A stretch of 64,000 nt of DNA from NCBI GenBank assembly GCA_012034805.1, contig JAAUOP010000004.1, positions 7,843 to 71,842 on the forward strand. The letters are read 5' to 3'. Of this stretch, positions 18,413 through 26,984 are shown in pieces. This DNA is from Synechococcales cyanobacterium CRU_2_2 (GTDB lineage: Bacteria > Cyanobacteriota > Cyanobacteriia > PCC-9006 > JAAUQQ01). The notes under the pieces are model-generated. The model saw only the letters and a program-made list of their open reading frames with translations. It made no database searches and was not told where the DNA came from. Position 1 is the stretch's first letter; every line of letters begins with the position of its first letter. Both the position numbers and the translations under genes were made by a program.

Positions 18413-19009
18413 TTGAGCAGGATTCAGACTGTCGCGCTGAAAGAAGGTCAGGCCGGCAATATCGTGGTTGCCGATTTGGTACTCCTCACGACCAAACACG
18501 TCGAAGACTATGACCAGTTCTGGCAGCCGCTGCTGCGCGAATTCGGTGAAGACGACAAAGCCCTGAGCTGGCGGTTCAAACAGCAGCTTGCAGAGCGACA
18601 GCCCAATTGGGAATGTTACGCGATCGAATCTGAAAACCTAACCCAGGGCCTCATCTTGCTTGAAACCCAGTTCCACGGCTCCCACTTTGATTGGGGGCAA
18701 AAGCTGGTCTACGTCGAAACCATCATGACAGCGCCTTGGAACCGACTTCAGATTCAGCGTCCACCGGAATTCAAGGGTGTCGGGAGACAGATGATGCAAT
18801 TTGCCCAACAGCGCAGCTTAGCCTTGGGCTATCGGGGACGGGTGGGACTGTTGTCGTTGCCTGACGCGGTGGGGTTTTATGAACGGATCGGCATGACTCG
18901 CTTGGAGCTAGATCCTGAAGATATAGTAGATGCAGAGGAAAACTTACCCTATTTTGAATACAGAGCGCTGCGCCAATCTGAGGATCGCGACTATGACCCC
19001 GAGCCTTAA
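18413..19009 (+). CDS. GNAT-family N-acetyltransferase
   Basis: The acetyl-CoA motif region FKGVGRQMMQFAQQRSLALGYRGRVGL..AVGFYERIGM is present. The TTG start is uncertain. Confidence 0.7.
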   Translation: MSRIQTVALKEGQAGNIVVADLVLLTTKHVEDYDQFWQPLLREFGEDDKALSWRFKQQLAERQPNWECYAIESENLTQGLILLETQFHGSHFDWGQKLVYVETIMTAPWNRLQIQRPPEFKGVGRQMMQFAQQRSLALGYRGRVGLLSLPDAVGFYERIGMTRLELDPEDIVDAEENLPYFEYRALRQSEDRDYDPEP

Positions 19010-19514
19010 TCAAACTTATCCAATACCTGGGGAGATGTCCGCTGAGGAATGGCAGCGACTGACCCAAGATCCGGCATGGCAAGCTGCCGTGGATGAGGCA
19101 GAGCAGGCAGCCGGTGGCGTTTTGGCGAATGGCTTTCAGAAGCGGGGTTGGATGAAGACCTGGCCGGAGTTGCCGACCTATTCGCATTACATGCAGATGC
19201 GATCGCTTGTCCTACGAGGCTTCGATGCCATCCTGCGCGAAGGCAACCTCGGCGTCGGCTACCAGGCCGCCTCGGACTGCGGCAAAACCTTGGTGTATGA
19301 GCGTTTTTTTGAACCCGGCGAAGCGGCCAAAGTGCGTCTTTTGGCCCTCGTTGAGGGTGAGTTGCTGGGTCCACCGCCGGAGATGACACCGGAACGGTTG
19401 GCGGTGTTACGGTCCGTGCTTCAGGGCGTTTTGACGGCTGAGGATTGGGGAGCGATCGCCCAGGCGGCAGCCCAACAGGTGCAGCAGCAAGTGTTGGAGC
19501 TGCGAGTGGCTTGA
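18993..19514 (+). CDS. hypothetical protein
   Basis: ATG 18993 overlaps the GNAT 3' end by 17 nt. The ORF is 173 aa. Confidence 0.45.
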   Translation: MTPSLNQTYPIPGEMSAEEWQRLTQDPAWQAAVDEAEQAAGGVLANGFQKRGWMKTWPELPTYSHYMQMRSLVLRGFDAILREGNLGVGYQAASDCGKTLVYERFFEPGEAAKVRLLALVEGELLGPPPEMTPERLAVLRSVLQGVLTAEDWGAIAQAAAQQVQQQVLELRVA

Positions 19515-19518
19515 GGAT

Positions 19519-19734
19519 TTAGCTCAGCGCCACCTTCTGCAACTTCCGCACCTGCGACTCCAACCGCTTCATGCGCTGCTCCAGCCGAGCGGGCTCTGGC
19601 TCCTTGCCGGTGATCAAGAGTGAGATCGCATCCCTCACCAGCTCACTATCACTCTGTCCCGTCTCCTGCCCATAGGCCTGCATCGCTTCGTACAGGCTTT
19701 GGGGAATCCTGCCGCCCACTGCCACCATCGCCAT
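19519..19734 (-). CDS. ribbon-helix-helix-like small protein
   Basis: 71 aa. GGRIPQSLYEAMQAYGQETGQSDSELVRDAISLLI is followed by a C-terminal coiled coil. Confidence 0.55.
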   Translation of the reverse strand: MAMVAVGGRIPQSLYEAMQAYGQETGQSDSELVRDAISLLITGKEPEPARLEQRMKRLESQVRKLQKVALS

Positions 19735-19741
19735 AGAACTT

Positions 19742-19834
19742 GTTGACCTCGCTAACGGCGTTGACTGTCTCAGTGCTTATTGTGCAATGGAATACAGGCA
19801 TACGCGCAACGTAAACAGCGTTGACGGCGTTGAC
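19742..19834 (+). promoter_or_regulatory. GTTGAC repeats: three GCGTTGAC octamers and one TTGTTGAC variant, in the divergent RHH/integrase intergenic region
   Basis: GTTGAC occurs at 19742. GCGTTGAC occurs at 19758, 19818 and 19827, the last two 9 bp apart. Oppositely oriented GTCAA cores lie at 19849 and 19902. Confidence 0.35.
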
Positions 19835-20018
19835 CTTTTCTACGGGTGGTCAAAGCCATTTTTGATACCCAAGTCTAATTGGGAATGATTCCTAATCAGG
19901 CGTCAAAATCGCTGTGCAAATACGGAGGAGGGGCTGAAACCCTTGAAAAGTCGCGATTTTTACTTGCTCTTTTGTTAAAAGAGCAGATAGAATTCAAGGG
20001 ATCCCCGATTAGCTGCCC

Positions 20019-20567
20019 ATGGCCTTGGATTTCACCCTCGAAGCGCTCCCGGTGAAGAGCGATCAGAAAAACGATCGCTTTGGCCGTGCGGCCATCCTCA
20101 AGCCGGAGCAATTGGGGGAGTTGTTTGGGGAGTTGCGGACGGAACGCGATCGCTTCCTCTTTGGCATCTGCTATTTCACTGCTAGCCGCATCACCGAGAC
20201 GCTGCGCTTGGAGCGCTCCGATATCGTGGGAGCGACGATCACCTTTCGCAAGCAGAACACGAAGACCAAGACCACGCGCCAGGCGGCGATGCATCCGACG
20301 CTGGTGACGTTGATGGAGGAGTATGAGCTGCCGGAGTCGGGCTATCTGTTTCCGGGGCGGCATGGCCGGGGGCGGCTGACGCGGCAGGGCGCGGACTTGG
20401 TGCTGCGGGAGGCTTGTGAGCGGGTAGGGTTAGTGGGGGTGAGTACCCATAGCTTTCGGCGATCGTTTGTGACCCAGATGAAGGAGGAGGGGAAGACGCC
20501 GGTGCAGATTAAAGAGTATACGGGGCATCGGAATTTGGCGTCGCTGCTGCATTACTTCGGTGCTTGA
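20019..20567 (+). CDS. tyrosine-type recombinase/integrase (short, catalytic domain only)
   Basis: Catalytic residues are in context: ASRITE (R), STHSFRRSF (HxxR) and GHRNLASLLHY (H..Y). Confidence 0.8.
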   Translation: MALDFTLEALPVKSDQKNDRFGRAAILKPEQLGELFGELRTERDRFLFGICYFTASRITETLRLERSDIVGATITFRKQNTKTKTTRQAAMHPTLVTLMEEYELPESGYLFPGRHGRGRLTRQGADLVLREACERVGLVGVSTHSFRRSFVTQMKEEGKTPVQIKEYTGHRNLASLLHYFGA

Positions 20568-20568
20568 A

Positions 20569-20610
20569 CGATTGAAACGAGCTACAAGTCATTGCAGCTC
20601 GTTTCAATCG
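20569..20610. terminator. perfect 15-bp stem hairpin between convergent genes
   Basis: cgattgaaacgagct (20569-20583) pairs with agctcgtttcaatcg (20596-20610) across a 12-nt loop. The U-tracts are weak on both strands. Confidence 0.5.
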
Positions 20611-20627
20611 CTTTGAGTTCTACAGTT

Positions 20628-21677
20628 TTACGATGCTTTCTTCTTAAGGCGACTGGCTAACCAACCCACTCCCATGAGTCCCAAGAGGCCCGAGGGCTCA
20701 GGAACAGACTGAGGTGTGCTTGTATCGTTATCAAAGGGTGGGACATCGAACGTGTTGTCGTCTCCGTCATCATCGACAGGCGGTGGGTCACCAGAGTTGT
20801 CATCATCGACAGGCGGTGGATCAGTAGGAGGATCGAATGGGTTTAGGTTGCCAAGTAATGCCATGCCATCATTTAGACATTCTTGGAAGAAGCTTGCGAC
20901 AAAATCACCGCTAGGTAATAGGTCTCTCGAAATCTGAAAGCCAAAGAGATAAGAGTTTTCTGTTGAAGAGAAAGAATCTAAGCTGAATCCTTGCTCGTAT
21001 AGAGCTGAGTAATTTAGAAAAGAGACATCTCCTACTCGGTTTCCACCTGTAAGAATATTGGGTGTAAACTCACGACCATAACCATAGGTGGAGTCTCGAT
21101 AATCTCCCCAATAATTATCATTCCAAGCTAAATCTCCGAAGGAGACATTGTCTCCACGTCCATAGTAATTAACTGAATTATAGTAACGGCCAATATTTCC
21201 ATAACCTGCATTCTTGTCTTGGACACCGATGGCTTGAATGTTGTCGTAGACGCCGGTGCCAATATAAGGGTCGGAATCATTGCCCCATAAGAATTTGACA
21301 CCTAAAACGTTGCCATGTTTGACATTGTCTCTAAAGTTACCACCACCAGTGAAGTCAAAGAAGAAATCGCCGTATCCAATATTATTGTTCTCAACGTCCC
21401 AAGTCCCAACCCTGTCTATGTTTAGGCCGGTATGATTGAGCTTAGAGAGGATACCAACGTAGACATTCTTGCCATCGTCCTTGATGCCCATGCCGAGCAT
21501 GTCAAAGGAGTTTCGGTGATTGCCCTGCCATACGCCTAAGTCGTCTCCGACTCCATCCGCAGAATAATCCCAAGTTTGTGCTTGAGAATTGATGGCTGTA
21601 GCAGCGATTAGGGTGGGGATAGAAGCAAAGATAAAGAGACTAGATAAAAGCTTATGATTCAATTTTTTGGAGATCAT
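20628..21677 (-). CDS. PEP-CTERM sorting-domain secreted protein
   Basis: There is an N-terminal signal peptide (LLSSLFIFASIPTLIAATAINSQAQ). The C-terminus, VPEPSGLLGLMGVGWLASRLKKK, is a PEP motif plus TM helix plus basic tail. The gene is clearly AT-richer than its neighbours. Confidence 0.85.
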   Translation of the reverse strand: MISKKLNHKLLSSLFIFASIPTLIAATAINSQAQTWDYSADGVGDDLGVWQGNHRNSFDMLGMGIKDDGKNVYVGILSKLNHTGLNIDRVGTWDVENNNIGYGDFFFDFTGGGNFRDNVKHGNVLGVKFLWGNDSDPYIGTGVYDNIQAIGVQDKNAGYGNIGRYYNSVNYYGRGDNVSFGDLAWNDNYWGDYRDSTYGYGREFTPNILTGGNRVGDVSFLNYSALYEQGFSLDSFSSTENSYLFGFQISRDLLPSGDFVASFFQECLNDGMALLGNLNPFDPPTDPPPVDDDNSGDPPPVDDDGDDNTFDVPPFDNDTSTPQSVPEPSGLLGLMGVGWLASRLKKKAS

Positions 21678-22232
21678 TGATTGGCAAAGTAAAACTGAAT
21701 TGCTTCTATCTTCGTAAGAAGCGCTTGCATAGAATCATAGGATTATCTATTTTTGATGGTGACCGTAATGTCACAGATTTTTCTAAACTGAAAGCATTCT
21801 TTCTAATGATTAATACGCTGAAAACTTGTAAATAAATGGAAATGCTAAAACAAAAAATATTTTATCTATTTCGAAACTCAATAGAGTCTTTATAAAACTC
21901 TTTTGTTTGCTTTATATTGAGCCAATTATTCAGGAGAGTTACAGGTACATGGGGGCTGCTGCCGGGATCATGTCACCTTATGAGGAGAATAATAATTCAT
22001 TGAGATAAGCGGCTCGATGAGTGAGAACTTGAGGAACATTTTTGGCTTCCCACTGAGCCCCGGAGATTTTGACGCTGTTAGAAGGGGAAAAGTTGGGGCC
22101 AAAGGTTGAGCTAACGGCGGAGTGGGCTGGGGTGTTGCGGACGGTATTGCAGACGGTGTTGACGGCGAAGGATTGGGAGACGATCCTTCGGAGCTTGGCG
22201 TAGCCAATCGGCCAAGCTGTGAATTCCGAAAA

Positions 22233-22733
22233 TTATGGGGTCTTGCACGCTTTTGGTGATGCTGATGCGGTGCAAACCTCGGTGATCTTGACCTCCGGCT
22301 GGGATCTGAAATACATCCCGCCCCAGGCGATCGCCGGTGCCCCCTGACCGACATGGGCAGCATCATTGCGCCGCTGGCCGGTTGCAGAGGAATGAGAGCG
22401 CCCATTGATCGCCGCCTCAATCACAGGCCGCAGCTCATCGGTGTAGAACAATCGCCAGTAATGCTGTGAGCCTCGCCCGTCCGGCTGGCCAGCATAGGCC
22501 AGGTGCAGATTCGCGCTCATCTCCAAGTACATGCCGATGCGGGTTCGGCTCGCCAGCGAGGCTCTGAGCCTGGTGCGATTGGCCTTGCCAGTCGCCTTAG
22601 GCGTCAGTGCTTGGAGGCAGTCCAGTACGGCGGCGGTGCGCAGCTCCAAAAAGTGGGGCAGCTTGCCACCCAAGGAGACTAACCCTGGTTTGCTGAAATC
22701 CTCTGCTGGACCTGTTGCTTCTGGTGTTGCCAT
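22233..22733 (-). CDS. hypothetical protein
   Basis: 166-aa ORF divergent from parA. The frame stays open for about 80 more codons after the TAA at 22233-22235. Confidence 0.4.
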   Translation of the reverse strand: MATPEATGPAEDFSKPGLVSLGGKLPHFLELRTAAVLDCLQALTPKATGKANRTRLRASLASRTRIGMYLEMSANLHLAYAGQPDGRGSQHYWRLFYTDELRPVIEAAINGRSHSSATGQRRNDAAHVGQGAPAIAWGGMYFRSQPEVKITEVCTASASPKACKTP

Positions 22734-22821
22734 GAATCAGCGATCGCCCTAAAACCTAACTCACTCCAGCATCGTTCCCGGTTGATTTCCTGACCTATGC
22801 AGGGGGCAAGAATCGGGAGTC

Positions 22822-23069
22822 AAGGTATCTGTACTCTACACTTGCAGGTATCTGCACTCTGTACTTGTAGATATCTCGACTCCTAGATTCAAGAGGTCCA
22901 GGTACCTGTACCTTAGCGCCCTGGGAGAAGAAGCGGAGATAGAAATTCATGGAAGTCCTTGCTCAGACTGCCTGTAGCCGCTGCTTAGGGACAGCTTAGA
23001 AGTCTAGGCATCTGAAGTTGTAGATATCTGGACTCCTTGATATCTGGAAAACAATACATCTATACTCCC
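22822..23069 (+). repeat. cluster of about eight 15-17-bp boxes (A/G)(G/A)TA(T/C)CTnnACTC(C/T) upstream of parA; centromere/operator-like
   Basis: Boxes: aaggtatctgtactct (22822), caggtatctgcactct (22845), gtagatatctcgactcc (22867), ccaggtacctgtacctt (22898), ctaggcatctgaagttg (23004), gtagatatctggactcc (23020), ttgatatctggaaaac (23037), atacatctatactcc (23055). Confidence 0.6.
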
Positions 23070-23092
23070 CGATATTGAATAGGACCTAAACC

Positions 23093-23860
23093 TTGAAAAG
23101 CTGCTCAGCTATCTCCCTCTCCGGGGGCCAGGGTAAAACCACAACGATTTTTTTCACGGCGCTGCTCCTCGCCAAGAGTGGCAAAAAAGTGCTGGCGATT
23201 GACGCCGACCCCCAGGCGAACCTCACCTTCTACCTCGACCATGAGGTTCAACCCAACGAGCCCAGCTTGATGGAAGTGCTCAACAAACAGGTGAGCGTCG
23301 AAGACGGAATCTACGAGACCAAATATCCCAACCTCTATTTGATCCCAGCGGACCGGGGATTATTTAAGGTGTCGGAGTTCTTGAGCAGCAGCGGCGCTGG
23401 GGCATTCATCCTCAAGCAGCGGCTGCGCCAGGTCAAAGATATCTTCGACTTCGCCCTGATCGACGTGCAGCCTTCGCGATCGCAGATCTGTTCCACCGCT
23501 GCTGGAGCCTCGCAGTATGTGATCATCCCAACCGAAGCGAATGTGAAAGGCGTCAACTCTCTGGTGGAGACGATGAGTTTTTTGTCGGAGCAGGCGGAGC
23601 TGGAAGCTTTCGGTGGAAAGGTCTTGGGGGTGGTGCCCTTTCGCGATCGCTGGGTCGGCAACAACCAAACCACCGAAGGACGACAAAACATCGAAGCGAT
23701 GCAGGAGCTTGCCCAAGGGGCTCCGATTCTGCCTTCCATCCGTGAGTCGGAGCAATTCAAGAAGGCCATTCGTAGCGGGCAGCTCCTATCTGAGATAGGC
23801 TATCCCGACCTGCAATATCCGTTTGAGAAAATCGTTGAGGCCCTAACCCATGGCAGATAA
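23093..23860 (+). CDS. parA: ParA/Soj-family partition ATPase
   Basis: It has a deviant Walker A (SLSGGQGKTTT) and VLAIDADPQANLT. The start is a TTG. Confidence 0.85.
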   Translation: MKSCSAISLSGGQGKTTTIFFTALLLAKSGKKVLAIDADPQANLTFYLDHEVQPNEPSLMEVLNKQVSVEDGIYETKYPNLYLIPADRGLFKVSEFLSSSGAGAFILKQRLRQVKDIFDFALIDVQPSRSQICSTAAGASQYVIIPTEANVKGVNSLVETMSFLSEQAELEAFGGKVLGVVPFRDRWVGNNQTTEGRQNIEAMQELAQGAPILPSIRESEQFKKAIRSGQLLSEIGYPDLQYPFEKIVEALTHGR

Positions 23861-24452
23861 CAACGATGCCCTAGAACGCATTCGCAATCGAGCGCGTCCA
23901 GTCGTGCCTGCTCGGGATGCCTCGCTGACCTCTAGACCTGTAGATATCTCGACTCCTGTGAGTCAAGGTACCGCTAGTCATGCAGGTACCTCGACACCTG
24001 GAAACCTCAACTTAGATTTTCCGGCGGATGTCGTATTCAATGCGGAGCGGGCAAAAGGCTTGCAGAACAAGGATTCTAGGAGCCCAGGAGTCTCGATATC
24101 TGCAACTCCAGGTACCTCTAAGCAAGCCAGTCAAGGTGTCTCTAAGCAGGGGAGTCAAGGTACCTCTGCTCCTAGAATGCTAGATACCTCCACTCCAGCT
24201 ACCCCCATGGGCGAGGCACCGGAAGCTGAGGTCTTAAACACCAAGCAGAGCACGATGCGCTTGGAGAAGGACTTGAGCGAACGCCTGCAAAAGCTGTCGC
24301 GGGACAATGGTGTTTGTCGCGAGGCCTTGATCGAAGCAATGTTTGAATTTATCGAAGCCAACCCAGAAGCTGAGGCTGAGGTGCTGGAGGTCGCCCAAGG
24401 GAAAAACGAACAGCGCCAGCGATCGCCAACTACAAGCGCGCCCAGTCGATGA
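23850..24452 (+). CDS. partition partner protein with C-terminal ribbon-helix-helix-like domain (ParG-like)
   Basis: ATG 23850 overlaps the parA stop by 11 nt. The N-terminal half is rich in S/T/P/G/Q. The C-terminal MRLEKDLSERLQKLSRDNGVCREALIEAMFEFI is RHH-like. Confidence 0.6.
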   Translation: MADNNDALERIRNRARPVVPARDASLTSRPVDISTPVSQGTASHAGTSTPGNLNLDFPADVVFNAERAKGLQNKDSRSPGVSISATPGTSKQASQGVSKQGSQGTSAPRMLDTSTPATPMGEAPEAEVLNTKQSTMRLEKDLSERLQKLSRDNGVCREALIEAMFEFIEANPEAEAEVLEVAQGKNEQRQRSPTTSAPSR

Positions 24453-24599
24453 TGGAGCGCTTTTTGCAAAAGTGACGTTTTGGTATCGCGACTTAAAGGT
24501 TTCCAGTTGTGCAGGTATCTGGACTTCTAGGTACCTAGACTGGCCAGCCAGGCTAACCAACCACATTGATTTATCACATCGATTTAGAGGTGCAGCACC

Positions 24600-25016
24600 A
24601 TGGGGTTTCTTGACTACTGGCGTAAGCGCGAGCCAGAAGAGGTGCAGGGGAATTTGCTCAATCCCGAAGAGCAGGCGGATGCGATCGTGGACCGAGCGGA
24701 GCCGACTCGGCTGGCCTCGTACCATCGGCTCCATGGGGAGCTAAAAGCCCGAGGTGCGATGGACCAGACTCACCAAGCCATAAACCATCTACAGAATATT
24801 GAGATGCTTGATGATGACTATCGCAAGCTGTATGAGGAACTGGGCATCACGCTAGGACAGCGGGCCAAACTCCCCAAGGAAGCCAAGGAGGCGTTGATGG
24901 TGGGTGACATCGCCGCGTTCCACCAGATCATGAAGGACGACGCCCAGGGACACCAGGCCCTCATCGAAAGCAGCTACAAAGGTTTCAAGCAGGCGCGGAA
25001 GTTGTTTCCTTGGTAG
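24600..25016 (+). CDS. hypothetical protein
   Basis: 138-aa helical ORF in the same direction as the par genes. Confidence 0.45.
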   Translation: MGFLDYWRKREPEEVQGNLLNPEEQADAIVDRAEPTRLASYHRLHGELKARGAMDQTHQAINHLQNIEMLDDDYRKLYEELGITLGQRAKLPKEAKEALMVGDIAAFHQIMKDDAQGHQALIESSYKGFKQARKLFPW

Positions 25017-25032
25017 CAGCAGAGCTAAAATT

Positions 25033-25518
25033 GTGGCTATGAAGATCCAAGCGCTGCGGCAGCAAACCTACATGAGCTACGAAGGCCTGTGCATGAGCAC
25101 GGGGGCTTATTGTGGTGCGCCCTACGCCTGGGAAGTGAGCAGCGAAGACTACGATCGCCATCCCGTCACCAACAAAACCTTCAAAGACGCCATCCGCCAT
25201 GAGTTTGGCGATCTGCGCCTGAAGGAGACCTGGCGGCAAGCAGCAATTCACTACGCGGCTCGCTCCGTTGCCAAGGGAGCATTGGAGCCTTACCAGCTCG
25301 TCTGCTACATGGCGCTGCCCCAGCACATCTCTTCGCCGGTGCGCGATACCTATGGTCCAGAGGTGATCGAGGCGTTGCTGAGCTATCCAGAAGCAGCAGC
25401 GAGGATTCGGGCTGGACTGGAGCAGCTGGTCCAGGAGCTGCCCGAGGTGGCTGAAGAATTTGTGCGGACCTATGAAGGGGCGATCGCGCCATCGCCCTTC
25501 CAGCCGGTGGCAGCTTAG
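25033..25518 (+). CDS. hypothetical protein (possible N-terminal HTH)
   Basis: 161-aa ORF. IQALRQQTYMSYEGLCMSTG is weakly XRE-HTH-like. Confidence 0.4.
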   Translation: MAMKIQALRQQTYMSYEGLCMSTGAYCGAPYAWEVSSEDYDRHPVTNKTFKDAIRHEFGDLRLKETWRQAAIHYAARSVAKGALEPYQLVCYMALPQHISSPVRDTYGPEVIEALLSYPEAAARIRAGLEQLVQELPEVAEEFVRTYEGAIAPSPFQPVAA

Positions 25519-25553
25519 CGCTGACAGTTGCTGCGGCGATCGCCGCAGCGTTG

Positions 25554-25916
25554 CTAATCTTGGGCTTCGAGTTGATAGAAGCGCAGGGTGGGATGTTCGG
25601 CGATGACGCGCCAGGAGTAGTGCTGGGGGGCTGGGAACATGCGATCGCCACTGCGATAGCTAAATACGGGTTGTTGATGCTTAAGGCCTTCTAGGGCTTC
25701 GGCCTCGATGCCGGGGTAGGGATTGCGATTGTCATATAGGCAGAGGTGGGCCGTACTTCGATAGTCCGCTGCCAGCAGACTGGCCATGAGCCATTCCATC
25801 AGGGGCTGCATTTCTGTAACGCTGAGCCCGCTGTGGGAGTCGCCGTAGGTGTAGATGTTGGGCGACTGGGGTTGGGGGCGGAGCGCATTGAGCAGGCGTT
25901 GGAGCAGCTTAAACAA
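25554..25916 (-). CDS. hypothetical protein
   Basis: 120-aa ORF, convergent with the previous gene. Confidence 0.4.
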   Translation of the reverse strand: MFKLLQRLLNALRPQPQSPNIYTYGDSHSGLSVTEMQPLMEWLMASLLAADYRSTAHLCLYDNRNPYPGIEAEALEGLKHQQPVFSYRSGDRMFPAPQHYSWRVIAEHPTLRFYQLEAQD

Positions 25917-26116
25917 GGGCTTTGGGGGGGCGGGTTGAGGTGAGCTGCTACTGCATTCAGCGCTTTTGCTTGGAGCACAGGAAAATCTCAGCGAATGACT
26001 ATCAACCCTTCAGATAGGGCTCAGAGGGGCCTCAGGGAGGCGGTGCATTCTGTAGACATCGAAGAAAACACGGCGGACCAAACAACCGCCATTCACCATC
26101 TACGGAGTTCAAGATC

Positions 26117-26383
26117 ATGAAATTCATCACCCGCACCGTTTCCGCTGTTGCTTTCACCGCTACCCTGTTCGCTTCCGCTAGCGCTTTCGCCCTGACCCCT
26201 TTCGATGCGGCTACCCTGGCCCAGCGCGGTCAGCTCGAAGGCATCTCTGGCTATCAGGCGCTCCGGTCTGACCTTCTGAACCGCAGTGTCACCGGCGAGG
26301 ACATCCTCGAAGCCGCTGGCCTGGAAGTGAATGCTGCCGATGCCCACTTTGTTGAGAGCATCCTGCGCGATCGCAGCAACTAG
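26117..26383 (+). CDS. small secreted hypothetical protein
   Basis: 88 aa with a clear signal peptide (AVAFTATLFASASAFA). A terminator lies downstream. Confidence 0.55.
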   Translation: MKFITRTVSAVAFTATLFASASAFALTPFDAATLAQRGQLEGISGYQALRSDLLNRSVTGEDILEAAGLEVNAADAHFVESILRDRSN

Positions 26384-26482
26384 ATAACCCAGCTTCCCAA
26401 GTTTGACTCCGATTGGGAGTGGCCTGATAACCCGCTCCCTTTCTTGAGACCCAGAGACATTGAATGAATCTTTCCTACCCCG

Positions 26483-26512
26483 AGCAGGTGGCCAGCTGGT
26501 CACCTGCTTTTT
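26483..26512 (+). terminator. rho-independent terminator
   Basis: agcaggtg (26483-26490) pairs with cacctgct (26501-26508) and is followed by TTTT. Confidence 0.7.
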
Positions 26513-26758
26513 GCTGAGAGATGGTGAGGCGAGTTGCGATCGCCAGGGGCCATTGCTAAGGCTGAGCTGCCCTGATCGGGCAAATAAGGTGCGCTATCGC
26601 GCCGCTATTACCGTCGTTCCCCCCTCGCATTATTCGCCCCCTCGGGGGGCGGCTCCAGCGGTCGCCCGCTGGCCGGTGCGGCTCTGGCAGCTCGTCTGGG
26701 TCGGGTTCGTCGCCTGCCTTCTTCGGCTTCTGCAGTTTAGTGGGTCTGGTTCGGTTCT

Positions 26759-26781
26759 GGGGGCTTCGGCCCCCTTTTTTT
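26759..26781 (+). terminator. rho-independent terminator with a UUCG tetraloop, no recognisable gene upstream
   Basis: gggggc-ttcg-gccccc (26759-26774) is followed by T7 (26775-26781). Confidence 0.7.
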
Positions 26782-26984
26782 GTGGCGATTGTAGTATTTC
26801 CAAGCAATGCTGTCTGCCTCGCTTTGGGGGCCAACCCGTTGCGAATGCGAAAACTTGAGCCGCTGGCGCGAAAACTGCCCCTGTCCGCTGCGCTCCCATC
26901 GGCAGCAAATCTCATCCGTCGGAGTGTGCTCCGCTGCGCTCCGCCCACCCCGCAATCTCCCCCCTCCCGTCCCCCCCAGGGGGG

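Noticed and set aside
22233-22733. Rep (replication initiator) assignment for the gene divergent from parA, with the AT-rich 21680-21960 region as an origin
   Set aside because: I saw no recognisable Rep motifs in the translation. The AT-rich stretch is explained more simply as the upstream region of the AT-rich PEP-CTERM gene. It remains hypothetical.
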